Shown here one piece after another: positions 1 to 12,568 of a stretch of DNA of 64,000 nucleotides (position 1 is the stretch's first letter; each line of letters opens with the position of its first letter). A program made the position numbers and the translations under genes. The stretch lies in contig OX597820.1 in the NCBI GenBank assembly GCA_951406725.2, positions 122,016,001 to 122,080,000 on the forward strand, read 5' to 3'. This DNA is from Octopus vulgaris (lineage: Eukaryota). The notes beneath the pieces were generated by a model. The model worked only from the letters and a program-made list of their open reading frames with translations. It was not told where the DNA came from and did not search any database.

Positions 1-142
1 TTTGGGTCAAAATGCCTTTCATAACACCTCATCTCTTGTGATGCGTCTCCATATGAATCCCGTGTTTCCCAACAAGATTTAAGATCATCTAAATTTCTCT
101 ATTATTCTGACACCTGTCGCCCTCTTTTCTATACATGCCGTG

Positions 143-543
143 TCATACATTATATATAAAAGTGAGGTTGTGTGCTGTCTGTCTCCTACGATTTAGATTC
201 CTAACTACTCCCACATTTTGCGGTGCAGTTTAACCAAAACCGGGTATCTTATAGTCGTGATTCATATCGAGCCCTTCTGGGTATTAGCGCGCGTCTACGA
301 TGAATCTACGATTTTAAAAAAAAATTACCATCATTTTTTTCCCATTTTTAATGCATTTTTTTGCTATTTTTTGGCTATAACTCTCTAAAAATGTCTACGA
401 TAAGTCAACGATTTAAAAAAAATTTACCATCATTTTTTTCCATTTTTAATGCATTTTTTGCTATTTTTTGGCTATAACTCTCTAAAAATGCTTATATAGT
501 TATTTCCCTTACAAACCCGAGCAACGCCGGGCGATACTGCTAG
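143..543 (+). mobile_element. Non-autonomous Helitron
   Basis: 3' end CCCGAGCAACGCCGGG hairpin + CTAG|T (540-544). 5' TC..TATATATAAAAG start is approximate. No TIR/TSD. Internal ~98-bp tandem duplication (~308-490). Same 3' end as the element at 51464. Confidence 0.8.
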
Positions 544-1287
544 TACATTATAAGGCTTAGGGTTAATAGTGTTGTAATTATTTCTAACGCACGGTTAGCA
601 TGTTTCCTTAAGGCTCTAATTTGGTATATTTTGCAGTTTTGGGGCCTAATTTCAATTCAAATTTTATCCCTGTCCCCTCCTTCTTCAGTGTTTCTCCATT
701 TCTTTTGTGTTAATCATTAATTAATAATTAGGCTTCAAAAGCAAAAATGCGCAAATTATGCTATCCACTACGGTTATATCCTAATGTATGACTGCTTTAT
801 ATTTATCTCTTCTGCTGTGGTCTGTCTGTGTTGCTTTTTTCTCTCTTTGTAATACAAGTTGTATTCTTACTTCATCTTGATATTTCTCTTGTTAAAATGT
901 TTCGGAGGTAAATCAATGAGATTTGTTTGCGGTTGAAATTCAGAACTGCTTTTTTGACAAATTTGGTCGATTCTTTGATACTAATCGAGGGAACTTCTTT
1001 TGGCTTCATAATCTCTAATTATTCGATTCTGGTCGATTCCACGTCTGTTACTCAACGAGAAAAGAATCTGAATCTATATTTTCAGAGGAGAGACTGACAA
1101 TACTTTTGCTGCCTATGGAAGAAAATTGAGCACGTTTTCTCGGGCAAGGGGTGAGCAAACCATGAAACGGTCCGCCCGGAGACCCTTTCACTTCAGAAGC
1201 AGAGAACGTAATGCGTTTACATAGCTTTTACAAGGGTAAATGTAAATTTATTTCTCTGTTTTCATTCTCACTGCGTTGTGCATCATA

Positions 1288-2198
1288 TAGACATGCATAC
1301 ATACACACACATACAGACATGCACACATACACACATACATTCATGCACATACACACACACACACATGTATACATATACACACATACATTCATGCACACAT
1401 ACATACATTCATGCACACATACACGCATACATTCATGCACATATACACACACACATGTATACATATACACACATACATTCATGCACACATACATACATTC
1501 ATGCACACATACACACATACATTCATGCACATATACACACACACATGTATACATATACACACATACATTCATGCACACATACATACATTCATGCACACAT
1601 ACACGCATACATTCATGCACATATACACACATGTATACACACACAAATACATTCATGCACACATACACACATAGATTCAACGCACATATACACACACATG
1701 CATACATACACGCACATACATTCATGCACACATACATTCATGCACATATACACACACACATACATTCATGCACACACATACATTCATGCACACATACATT
1801 CATGCACACACATACATTCATGCACACATATACACACACACATACATGAATGCACACACATACATTCATGCACACATATACACACACACATACATGAATG
1901 CACACACATACATTCATGCACATATACACACACATGTATACATACACACACATACATTCATGCACACATACACACATACATTCATGCACACATACACACA
2001 TACATTCATTCACATATACACACACATGTATACATACACACACATACATTCATGCACATATACACACACACATGCATACATACACACAAACACACATACA
2101 TTCATGCACACATACACACAGACATACATGCATACACACATACATTCATACACTCAAACACATACATACGTACATACGGAAACACACACACACACACA
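1288..2198. repeat. Compound CA/TA microsatellite with ~90-bp higher-order period
   Basis: Unit acatacattcatgcac. The 60-nt blocks starting at 1381 and 1561 are identical, and 1471 is nearly so. Confidence 0.95.
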
Positions 2199-2664
2199 TT
2201 CGAATCTATTTGTTGTTCACATTGTTCCTATTGTTGCCGATACATTACAATTGTCCGGCAATGTCTTTGAACACGGACCTTGTGGCAATAAAATAAACAA
2301 TAATTGTTATTATCGCCATCATCATCACCATCATCATCATCAACTTCGTTATAATTATTGCACTGTTATTGCTTTTCTTTCTTTCTACTTCTTCTTCTTC
2401 TTCTTATTATTATTGTTATTATTATTATTAGTAGTAGTAGTAGTTTTGGTAATATTGCTATTAATTATTAAATTATATTTGTCTCACGGAATATGTCCAC
2501 TTGGGGCGGACATCTGCTTTACACTGTCCGATCGGTCAATAGAGGCAGATGGCGACCATTTCCATTCAACAACATTATCATTCCTTTTCCTGTTCTCCAG
2601 GGAACAACCTTCACCAGAAACAATGTCCCACTGCGATCGGCAGACAATTTTGGGACAACATATT

Positions 2665-2795
2665 TACATATATATATACATACATACATACATACATACA
2701 CATATATATATATATACAAATACACACACACATACACATATATATATATATATATATATACATACATACATATATATATGTATATACATACAAAT

Positions 2796-2828
<33 letters not shown>

Positions 2829-2865
2829 CATACATACATATATATATATGTATATACATACAAAT

Positions 2866-2896
<31 letters not shown>

Positions 2897-2945
2897 ACAT
2901 GTGTGTATGTGTGTGCATAATATATATAATTATTTGTTTATATAT
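2665..2945. repeat. (TA)/(CA) microsatellite
   Basis: Direct reading. Confidence 0.95.
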
Positions 2946-3301
2946 ATATTTGTTTAATAACCATATAGTCTGCCTTCACACCCCCACCCACCCCCGGACC
3001 CCTCGCATCCTCTATTTCGGCTCCCCCCACTCTCCCCAATGAATTATTTTCTCCTCACCATCGTCACCACTATCATCACCATCATCATCGTACTCGACCA
3101 ACAACAATACTCTGATTCTCCTCTTTTTCCTCTTCCCAACCTTTTCCGCTTGTTGTTGTTGTTGTTGTTGGTGGTGGTGGTGTTGTTATGACGGTTGTCG
3201 TCATTGCTCTTCTATTTGCATGACACTTTCAAATTAGCTATTTAAACATAGTCACCATGACTACACGAAAACAATCGCGTTTACACACATGCGCCAGCGC
3301 A

Positions 3302-3342
<41 letters not shown>

Positions 3343-3544
3343 AGTCAACCACACAACAGAAATGCGAAAATATCCAATAATACCCCCACACGTCCATTAC
3401 CACTGGTTTAAGTAATAAGCTTTCGTATCTACACACCCAACATGAATCACATTTGTGTTTATGGACTTATCCTTCTTGCACAAATCATACACATGCACTA
3501 CTACTACTACTACTACTAATAATAATAATAATAATGATAATGAT

Positions 3545-4110
3545 TTCAACTTTCTGCCACAAGTGCAGCTTGGTGGAGAGGATTAAGTCAATCACATCGA
3601 TCCCAGTGCATAACTGGTACTTATTTATCGACTCGGAAAGGATGAAAGATAAAGTCGACCTTGACAGAATTTGAACTCAGAACATAGCGGCAGACGAAAT
3701 ACCTATTTTTTTACTACCCACAAGGGGCTAAACACAGAGAGGACAAACAAGGACAGACAAACGGATTAAGTCGATTATATCGACCCCAGGGCGTAACTAT
3801 TACTTATTTAATCGACCCCGAAAGGATGAAAGGCAAAGTCGACTTCGACGGAATTTGAACCCAGAACGTAACGGCAGACGAAATACCTATTTCTTTATTA
3901 CCCACAAGGGGCTAAACACAGAGAGGACAAACAAGGACAGACAAACGGATTAAGTCGATTACATCGACCCCAGTGTGTAACTTTAATCGACCCGGAAAGG
4001 ATGAAAGGCAAAGTCGACCTCGGCGGAATTTGAACTCAGAACGTAGCGACAGACGAAACACCCATAAGCATTTCGCCCGGCGTGCTAACGATTCTGCCAG
4101 CTCACCACCT
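3545..4110 (-). mobile_element. tRNA-derived SINE family A, trimeric copy
   Basis: On the minus strand: A-box TGGCAGAATCG, B-box GAGTTCAAATTCC, and core GCCTTTCATCCTTTCGGGGTCGAT..AAGTACCAG repeated in three ~185-bp units. Confidence 0.9.
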
Positions 4111-4831
4111 TCATAATAATAATAATAATGGCTTCAAATTTTGCCACAGGGGCAGCCATTTTGGGGAGGTTATGAGACGATTACATCAATATTAACAACA
4201 ACAATAATAATAATTCTTTCTAATTTTGGCACAATTTTTGAAAGGAGGGGGGAATTCATTTCATCAGCCCTAGTGCTCAATTAGAACTTATACATATACG
4301 TATCCGCAGTATTTGTATAACTTGTAATACATGTGTGTATGTGTGTTTCTGTGTGTGTGGAGAGATAGATAAGTAGATAGACAGAGAAGAGAGAGAGAGA
4401 GAGAAAGAAAGAAAGAGGGAGAAAGAGAGATATAGTAGTCCCACTTGGCCAGGGCAGTATTAACAACCAGTTAGAACTCACTACACTTATGGCAGAAATA
4501 CTGCGTATGACTAAGCACGGTAGCGTGTGGGAGTGGTTTCAATGACCTCCTCCACGCCGGACTCCACCGGAAGGTCAGTCGAGAGTGTAATATTAATAAA
4601 TGATAAAGAACAAAAGAACAGCAGTTATGCAATCGCCTTTATCAGCTGACAGATGTTTGGGCTGTAAGGAAATAGAGCCGAGTGCCTGGGTGACGTCACA
4701 GGGCTTCATCATTGAGGAATGCATTTGAAAGAAATACAATTGCCCACATAGACACACACACATTCATATAATAGACTTATATATGCATAAGCATAAACTA
4801 CCGAGACATACGTAAACACACACACACACAC

Positions 4832-5195
4832 ACAGGGTGCCACAGCTATTTGAGAACAACAGCTTTAAGAACCATAAGTGGCCCAAATTTTAACTAAATG
4901 CTCTCTTTTTTCTGCACCAACATGGATGCTTTAAAAAAATCGAGAATATCATGAAAAATGAATGAGGTTCATTGCCAATGATCTCCATGTTTCAGAGTCA
5001 GTGATTGAGCAAACGTATGGTGCAAGAAGACATCTGGTAGAAATCCCAGGTTGTAAGAAGAGGGCAGTTGATGTCCGATAACATCGGCGAGAGTCGAGAA
5101 ATCTTGTTGAAGCCCTTACTGAACGATGTAGTGAAAGTACCTCCTCGCTTTTTCCTGCAAGTTCTTAGGGTCAATGTGGCAGCCTACACTGAGTC
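4832..5195 (+). mobile_element. Tc1/mariner (maT-like) transposase remnant
   Basis: Starts CAGGGTG. Degenerate peptides IANDLHVSESVI (HTH-like) and KVPPRFFLQVLRVNVAAYTE resemble the DD37D-type PPHFFPQGLRVNAAAY segment from memory. Confidence 0.5.
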
Positions 5196-5520
5196 AATGT
5201 CATTCCATCTGAAGTAACCCATCTCTCAAATCCGCTCAGTAACATTTTGTGGTTTAGGCTCCTCTTTCGAGGACTTGACTTACCCACCAAAGCTAGAGCC
5301 ACGAGCTGGCGACCGGGGCTGTAACGTGTTTGTATAAAGAAGTTAGGGAGGCAATGCTCGATACCTCGTCTTTGTTTATTAGATTAACCTCGTCAAGTTA
5401 ATTCTGATGATTTCACGCCACTGACAGATTTCTATGGATTTCCACCGATTATCCGGCAATGCAACATAATGTGAGAGGTTTATGAAGATAGGAAGCTAGT
5501 CATAACAACTAAACACGCAC

Positions 5521-6192
<672 letters not shown>

Positions 6193-6609
6193 CCGATGAA
6201 CGTATGATGAGTATATAAGACGTGGTTGTCCTCCACATCATGACTGACATTTCTCCCATTATTTGCGTGCGAATCTGCACCTTTTACAGCTGCAAGTTCA
6301 TCAACGGCAAGTTTTGTTTTTTTTTTCGATGGATGCTATTAACCCCTTCGCTACACCTTTAGCTTTCATTAAATCACGTCTCTAGGTGCAAGATATTCGG
6401 TTAACTCAGCCGAAAGATGTTGCTTCTGCTTGTCTCTGGCTTTGATCATTCTAATTGATACGGCTCTGTACAAGATGCTCTCGCTTTCAATTTTACACGG
6501 GACATTGCTGTCGACTTATGGATAGGCTTCATTACAGTTTTCACTTTTACTTTTGTAAAACGAGGTCCAACTATATATAAATTTCTTGATTATTTGGAGG
6601 ATTATAAGA

Positions 6610-7033
6610 AATTCTTTCTATTCGAGGCACAAGGCTGATAAAAAAATACTTTTGTATACTAGGCACAATGCTCGAAATTTTAAGGGAGCAGGCTAGTCGA
6701 TTACATTGATCCCAGTACGCAACTGGTACTTAATTCATCGACCACGGAAGGATGAAAGACAAACTCGACCTCGGCGGAATTTGAACTCAGAACGTAGCGG
6801 CAGACAAAATACCTATTTCTTTACTACCCACAAGGGGCTAAACACAGAGGGGACAAGCAAGCACAGACAAACGGATTAAGTCGATTATATCGACCCCAGT
6901 GCGTAACTGGTACTTATTTAATCGACCCCAAAAGGATGAAAGGCAAAGTCGACTTCAGCGGAATTTGAACTCAGGACGAAATACCCATAAGCAGTTCGCC
7001 CGGCGTGCTAACATTTCTGCCAGCTCACCGCCT
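6610..7033 (-). mobile_element. SINE family A, dimeric copy
   Basis: Same head, core and junction as 3545-4110. Confidence 0.9.
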
Positions 7034-7099
7034 TTCTACTCTGGACATAAGACCTTCTTTTCTACTTTTAAGATCTATCGTTAGTAATTCTGATGATAA

Positions 7100-7920
7100 A
7101 ACCTGACCTAAGAATTCAGGCAGAAAAACAAACAAAAGAAAAGATGAGAAGTTATGACCAATCTCTTTGAATAAATAGTTCCTCATTTCTTGTTTTACGG
7201 GGCATTTGATTTGGATGAGAACTAGCGACTTCATTGAAATATGTTTTTATTGTTTCACTTTAAAATTAATTTTCATTTATACAAAGAAGAGGGTTTGTAA
7301 CCAGCGTACTGGCTTTTTCTTTCTCTTTTTTTTTTTGTCCCTTGAGTATTCTAATACACAATTTATTGATAGACTTACGAACACAAGAGGGCTGAAAAAT
7401 CATAGGCACCTTATACGAACTCGTTCTCAAACGATAACTACTGCAGATCTACCATACTCGCATTTTGTTTTACACGATCTAAAGAGCAATAAGAGCTTTT
7501 CTCTGGAATGGTCCGTTATTTCGGGACACCTTTACTTCAGAGTAAATATAAATAAGTGTAAGTTGTGTGTAAAAGAATCCCTTGCCATCCTTAAGTCTTT
7601 TGGGCCAAAAACTTTGAATAGATTTACTGAGGTGATCCCTTTTTGCAACCATAGGTTTTCGTCCACCTTTTTGAAAGTATAAAGAAATAAAAAGAAATGT
7701 AATAAAATTGTTTAGCATTACGGGGATTTGAAACCGGCAAGGTTAAATTTCTGCAAACTACATCCACCTGAGTGTTTAGCAATTGTTTGTTTGTTTGTTT
7801 TTTCTATAGGAAATTTGGATTGGTCCGTTGCTGGGTTCTTCATAAATTATATGAGCTTTTCATAAAAATTTTCATCTGTGCATGAGTCATGTTTATCCTG
7901 ACGAGGGGTCATCACCGTTA
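7100..7920 (+). mobile_element. Penelope-like element remnant (C-terminal part of GIY-YIG endonuclease region)
   Basis: ORF 7206-7682 ends FSLEWSVI..KCKLCVKESLAIL..LNRFTEVIPFCNH, matching the PLE W.I..CxLC..E..I..LN.R.E...CxH pattern. A CTGACGA half-ribozyme motif lies at ~7898. Confidence 0.6.
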
Positions 7921-8200
7921 GGCACTTTAGTGTAAATAAACTACGGTGGTGAGGAAATGGCCATAGATATATGTGAATGTTGAATTTGACCTGTGAACTC
8001 TGCTCCTTATGAACTTTTAGAGGTGCATGTGTGGAGGGAGTAAAAGGCTTTTTTCAAGATGTCTGTGAATTTGACCTGTGGAAGTCTGTTTACTTGTGAA
8101 CTTTGGACGTATTTGTATCAGGTAAGTAAAAGACTGTTTCAAATATTAAAAAAAGAAATTAATTTTTTGAGAATATTTTAATCGTCAGATAAAATTTTTT

Positions 8201-8620
8201 GGATCGTTTCGGTTTGAACGGCAGTTTTTTCTGGCGGTGTCATATGAAATTGTCACCCACAATTATGACCCTAGTATCGATCTATTGCATTTCAATCTGT
8301 TTTAGGCTTAGGGTTAGTTAGGGGTGGGGGTAGGGTATCTTTTTTTCTTCACAAATGTAAATAAACCCAATCTGTTTCTTAAACGAGGGACATATTCATA
8401 CGGCACAAAATGATTTTTACGTCAATACACTTCATTGATTGATTGAAATTGCAGAAATTGAAAGAAAGAAACAACAAATATCTTACAAACTATAGAATTT
8501 TCTCAATAAAGGCAAGAGAAAAAGATGTTTTATAAACACATTCTACCAGTATACGAAGTGTAAAATTTTTTAGTTACCTAGAAATTATGTTAAAAACTGC
8601 CGTTCAAACCGAAAAGATCC
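8201..8620 (+). mobile_element. TIR MITE copy 1 (Merlin-like)
   Basis: ~28-bp TIR GGATCTTTTCGGTTTGAACGGCAGTTTT. Imperfect TSD aaatttttt/aaatatttt. Confidence 0.9.
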
Positions 8621-9047
8621 AAATATTTTAACTTTCTACTTTTTCGGCTATTGCGCAAATCATTTGCACCTTAATCTAAATGTTATAATGTTGCTTTAAT
8701 GATTTGAAAGAAAAAAAAATTTACACAGAAACCAAAACTAGTCTAGAAAATCATAGAAATTTAAAAGGACTCAGAAATTAGTTCATTCGACCATTCAACA
8801 TGGCAGTAGAAAACCCATTGGCTGAAAATTCACTTACTAGAATTTTTTTTTTTTTAATGGAATGGCTATGAAGGCCCAGCTGAGTAAAATAGAAATGAAA
8901 GGGGTCTGAGAATCGTTTTAAACAAAGACTTTGAACCATACGAAAGTATATCGCTGTGAATACAAGAAATGATAGGATGGGTGGGTGGTCAAATCTAGAA
9001 CGTCTTTCAAGAATTTAATGTTCACTTGCAACCGAAACATACAAACA

Positions 9048-9460
9048 GGATCTTTTCGGTTTGAATGGCAGTTCTTAACATAATTTCTAGGTAACTAAAA
9101 AATTTGAAACTTCGTATACTGGTAGAATCTGTTTATAAAACATCTTTTTCTCTTGGCTTTATTGAGAAAATTCTATGGTTTGTAAGATATTTGTTGTTTT
9201 TTTTTTTCTTCAATTTCTGCAATTTTAACCAATCAGTGACATCTGATCAGTTAAAAAGCACTCTGTGCCGTATGAGTATGTCCCTCGTTTAAGAAACATA
9301 TTGGGTTTATTTACATTTGTGAAGAAAAAAAGATACCCTTCCCCCCACCCTAACCCTAAAACAGATAGAAATGCAATAGAGCGATACTAGGGTCATAATT
9401 ATGGGTGACACTTTCATGTGACACCGCTAGAAAAAACTGCCGTTCAAACCAAAAGGATCC
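9048..9460 (-). mobile_element. TIR MITE copy 2 (opposite orientation)
   Basis: Same TIRs and reverse-complement body. No clean TSD. Confidence 0.9.
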
Positions 9461-9657
9461 CAGGAAACTAAAAAAGCTACTAATTGACCTTGGATTAACA
9501 GAATCGATGGAGCACCGGGCAAAAGTCTTTTACGTCTTTTGGTATTCGGTTTCGTCCCTTTTTATTGTAAGTTGAAATCTCACCGAGGTGACTGTGTGTT
9601 TAATTCTTACGAGATCAAATTAATGACAATCGCTCACACACTGTCTCCATTCCATTA

Positions 9658-9703
<46 letters not shown>

Positions 9704-10371
9704 TCCCTTGTACGTAAAGCTAGAAATAAATTTTAGATGGTTGAAAGATAGTGAAGGAGTGACTGAAACAAGACGAGGAAAAGAGATACAGAGACAATAA
9801 CGGTAGATAGGGGGGTAGAAAGAGAAAGAGAGAGAAATGAGATAGTAATAAGGGGGAAACAGTGGACGAAAAGATACAAGAACGGAGGAAACAGCGAGGA
9901 TGGGGATAAAAGAGGGGGAGAAGCATAAGTGTTGAGTGGGGGTGAAAGGGGTGAAGGAGGGCTTTGTCAATGTCTCGTAAATCAAGGTTTGATTTTTTTC
10001 CCTCTTTCCCAGAACCTTGACAGCGTTCTGAGACACCTGGTCCATATCTGATATAACGGGTGGGAGTGGGGTAGGGGGGAAGTGATAAATGCAGAAAACA
10101 AGAGAAAGAGAGGGAAATAAAATGAAGAGACAAGGAAAAAAAACTCAGGACGCGTATATGCCACTGTGTGTGTGTGTGTGTGGTTTTGCACGTAAGGACG
10201 TTGGCTTTGGAACCATGTGGTCTCGGGTTCACTCACATTGCGCAGCATCTTGGTCAACTGCAAACTAAAACATGCCAACGGAAACCATGTGGGACCATAT
10301 TGGCTGCTCCTTACTTGGAAGCTGTTTGTTCGACGCACCTATCAACCTGCCAAGCAAGCCAATCAACTTAT

Positions 10372-11420
10372 AATATACTTTGATTTCCTTGTTTCGGTCA
10401 TTGGGCTGTGGCCATGCTGGAGCACTACCTTGAAGGGGTTAGTCGAAAAAATCGACTCCACAGGTTATTTCTTTTTGAGCCACGTACTTATTAGTCTATC
10501 GGTCTCTTCTGCCGAAGCACTAAGTTAAGAAAATAGGAACAGACCAACACCGGTAGCGAGGTCGTCTGCTGCTGGAGAGGACCGATCAGGTAAAGGACCT
10601 GGGTATCTTGGTGGATTCCTCCTTTTCGCCTTCGGCCCAGTGCGTCCATGCTGCCAACAAAGCGCGCGGAATTCTGTTTTTGATTCGACGATCATTCGGA
10701 ATGCTCACAGCAGCCATATTCCTGCCACTCTATGTCACGCTGGTGAGATCCATATTGGAGTATGGGATTCAAGCCCCTTCTCCTTATCTCCTCAAAGACA
10801 TACAGCATATCGAAAGAGTCCAGAGGCTGGCTACCCGCATGGTTCATGGTCTCAAAAATTTGTCCTACGAAGAAAGGCTGAGGACGCTCGACCTTTGTTC
10901 TCTTGAAAAACGCCGCCGCCGTGGTGATCTCATTCTCGCCCACAACATCATAAGCGGGAAGTGTAACCTCTCGAAAGAGCTGTTCTTCACTCCTGCTCCA
11001 GAGCGTCGGCTGCGGGGTCATTCCGAAAAGCTCTACCTGCGACGATTTCATCTCAATCGAAGGAGAGGAGATTTCTCCGTCCGGGTTGCGGATCCGTGGA
11101 ACAAGCTGCCAGACGAGATGGTGAAGATGCCGACGACCGCTTTGTTCAAAGCCTCCCTGGACCTCAAGTGGCCTGAACTCTTTACATGAACACCACCCTG
11201 TACTTAACTCCATGTCCCCCTACATGGCCTTGCTATTTGCTTTTGAGCCAAATTAACTAACTAACTAACTAACTAACATACATACGTGCGCACACATACA
11301 TAAATGTATAAATATATACAACAGGCTTCTTTCAGTTTCTATAAACTATCCCCTCTCGCGTGGCTTTCGTTGGTACCGAGTTATAGTAGAAGACATCTAC
11401 GCAAGATTCCACATACTGCA
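10372..11420 (-). mobile_element. Degenerate SINE family B copy split by a LINE insertion
   Basis: 3' half at ~10372-10555 (ggccatgctggagcac..) and 5' part at ~11280-11420 (ggcttctttcagtttc..tatagtagaagacat). Confidence 0.7.
10557..11277 (+). mobile_element. 5'-truncated CR1-clade LINE (ORF2 C-terminus, 3'UTR, (CTAA)n tail)
   Basis: Stop-free frame VKDLGILVD..LYVTLVRSILEYG..ERVQRLATRMV.GL..LSYEERL..L.L.SLEKRR.RGDLI..WNKLP ends at 11189. Tail aactaactaactaac at ~11253-11277. Confidence 0.92.
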
Positions 11421-11423
11421 GGG

Positions 11424-11787
11424 GGATCTTTCCGGTTTGAACGGCAGTTTTTTCTAGCGGTGTCATATGAAATTTTCACCCATAATTATGACCTAGGGGT
11501 GGAGGAAGGATATCTTTTTTTCTTCACAAATGTAAATAAACCCAATCTGTTTCTTAAACGAGGGACATACGGCCCAGAATGCTTTTTAACTCAATAGACG
11601 TCACTGATTGGTTGAAATTGCAGAAATTGAAGAAAAAACAACAAATATCTTACAAACTATAAAATTTTCTCAATAAAGCCAAGAGAAAAGGTTGTTTTAT
11701 AAACACATTCTACCAGTATACGAAGTTTAAAATTTTTTAATTACCTAGAAATTATGTTAAAAACTGCCGTTCAAACCGAAAAGATCC
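11424..11787 (+). mobile_element. TIR MITE copy 3 (internally deleted)
   Basis: TIRs intact. TSD ctgcaggg/ctgaaggg. ~35-bp internal deletion at cctag|gggt. Confidence 0.9.
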
Positions 11788-12044
11788 CTGAAGGGAAATG
11801 TTTGCACGCACACACATGCGCAAGTACAAATTAAAATTTTCACTGATGGACGACAAAGTAAGCCACGGAAAAATCACACACATGACGTGGATATGCTCCT
11901 CCCTCATCAGTTATCGACCAAAGATCATAAAAGTTTCGCGCCTTTCACGATAAGAATATTCGTTTTGGTGGCGTCAGCAGCAATAATGAATCGAATATTC
12001 CATTATTCTATCGTTGACACACTAGAATATTTGTGTGTGAGTGA

Positions 12045-12080
<36 letters not shown>

Positions 12081-12127
12081 ATGTATGTATGTATGTATGT
12101 GAGAGAGAGTGAGAGAGAGAGAGAGGC

Positions 12128-12293
12128 AGGCATAGGAGCGGCTGGATGGTAAGAAGCTAGCTTCGCAATCACATGGTTCTGGGGTTAGTTCACTGCGTGG
12201 CACTTTAGGCAAGTCTCTTCTACAACAACTTCGGGCCTACCAAAGCCTCATGAGTGGATATGGTAGACGGAAACTGAAAGAAGCCCGTCATAT

Positions 12294-12365
<72 letters not shown>

Positions 12366-12568
12366 TTGTCCCCCCACCATCGCTTGACAACCGAAGCTGG
12401 TGTGTGTTTACGTTCCCGCAACTTAGCGGTTCGGCAAAAGAGGAAACTGATAGAATAAATACTAAGCATACAAAGAATAAGTTCTAGGGGTCCATTTACC
12501 CGAGTAAAGGTGGTGCTCCAGCAAGGCCGCAGTGAAATGATTGAGACAAATAGAAGAGTAAAAGAGTA
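12128..12568 (+). mobile_element. tRNA-derived SINE family B (CORE-like motif, internal microsatellite)
   Basis: A/B-box-like head, a ggcac-ttgggcaagt-like motif, central (TA)/(TG)n, and 3' ggtgctccagcatggccgcag..gtaaaagag. Confidence 0.85.

Noticed and set aside
1211-3042. Long His/Thr/Tyr/Ile or Cys/Val/Met ORFs (also 5.7k, 22k, 31k, 34-40k, 52k, 57k)
   Set aside because: Translations of CA/TA/TG microsatellites, which lack stop codons in several frames; no domain-like sequence.
3545-4110. Repeated units as a CRISPR array or tRNA genes
   Set aside because: Units are ~185 bp with no unique spacers and no cas genes, in a eukaryotic context. The heads have A/B boxes but no full cloverleaf, so they are SINEs.
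10692-11213. 173-aa minus-strand ORF
   Set aside because: Antisense shadow of the CR1 ORF2.
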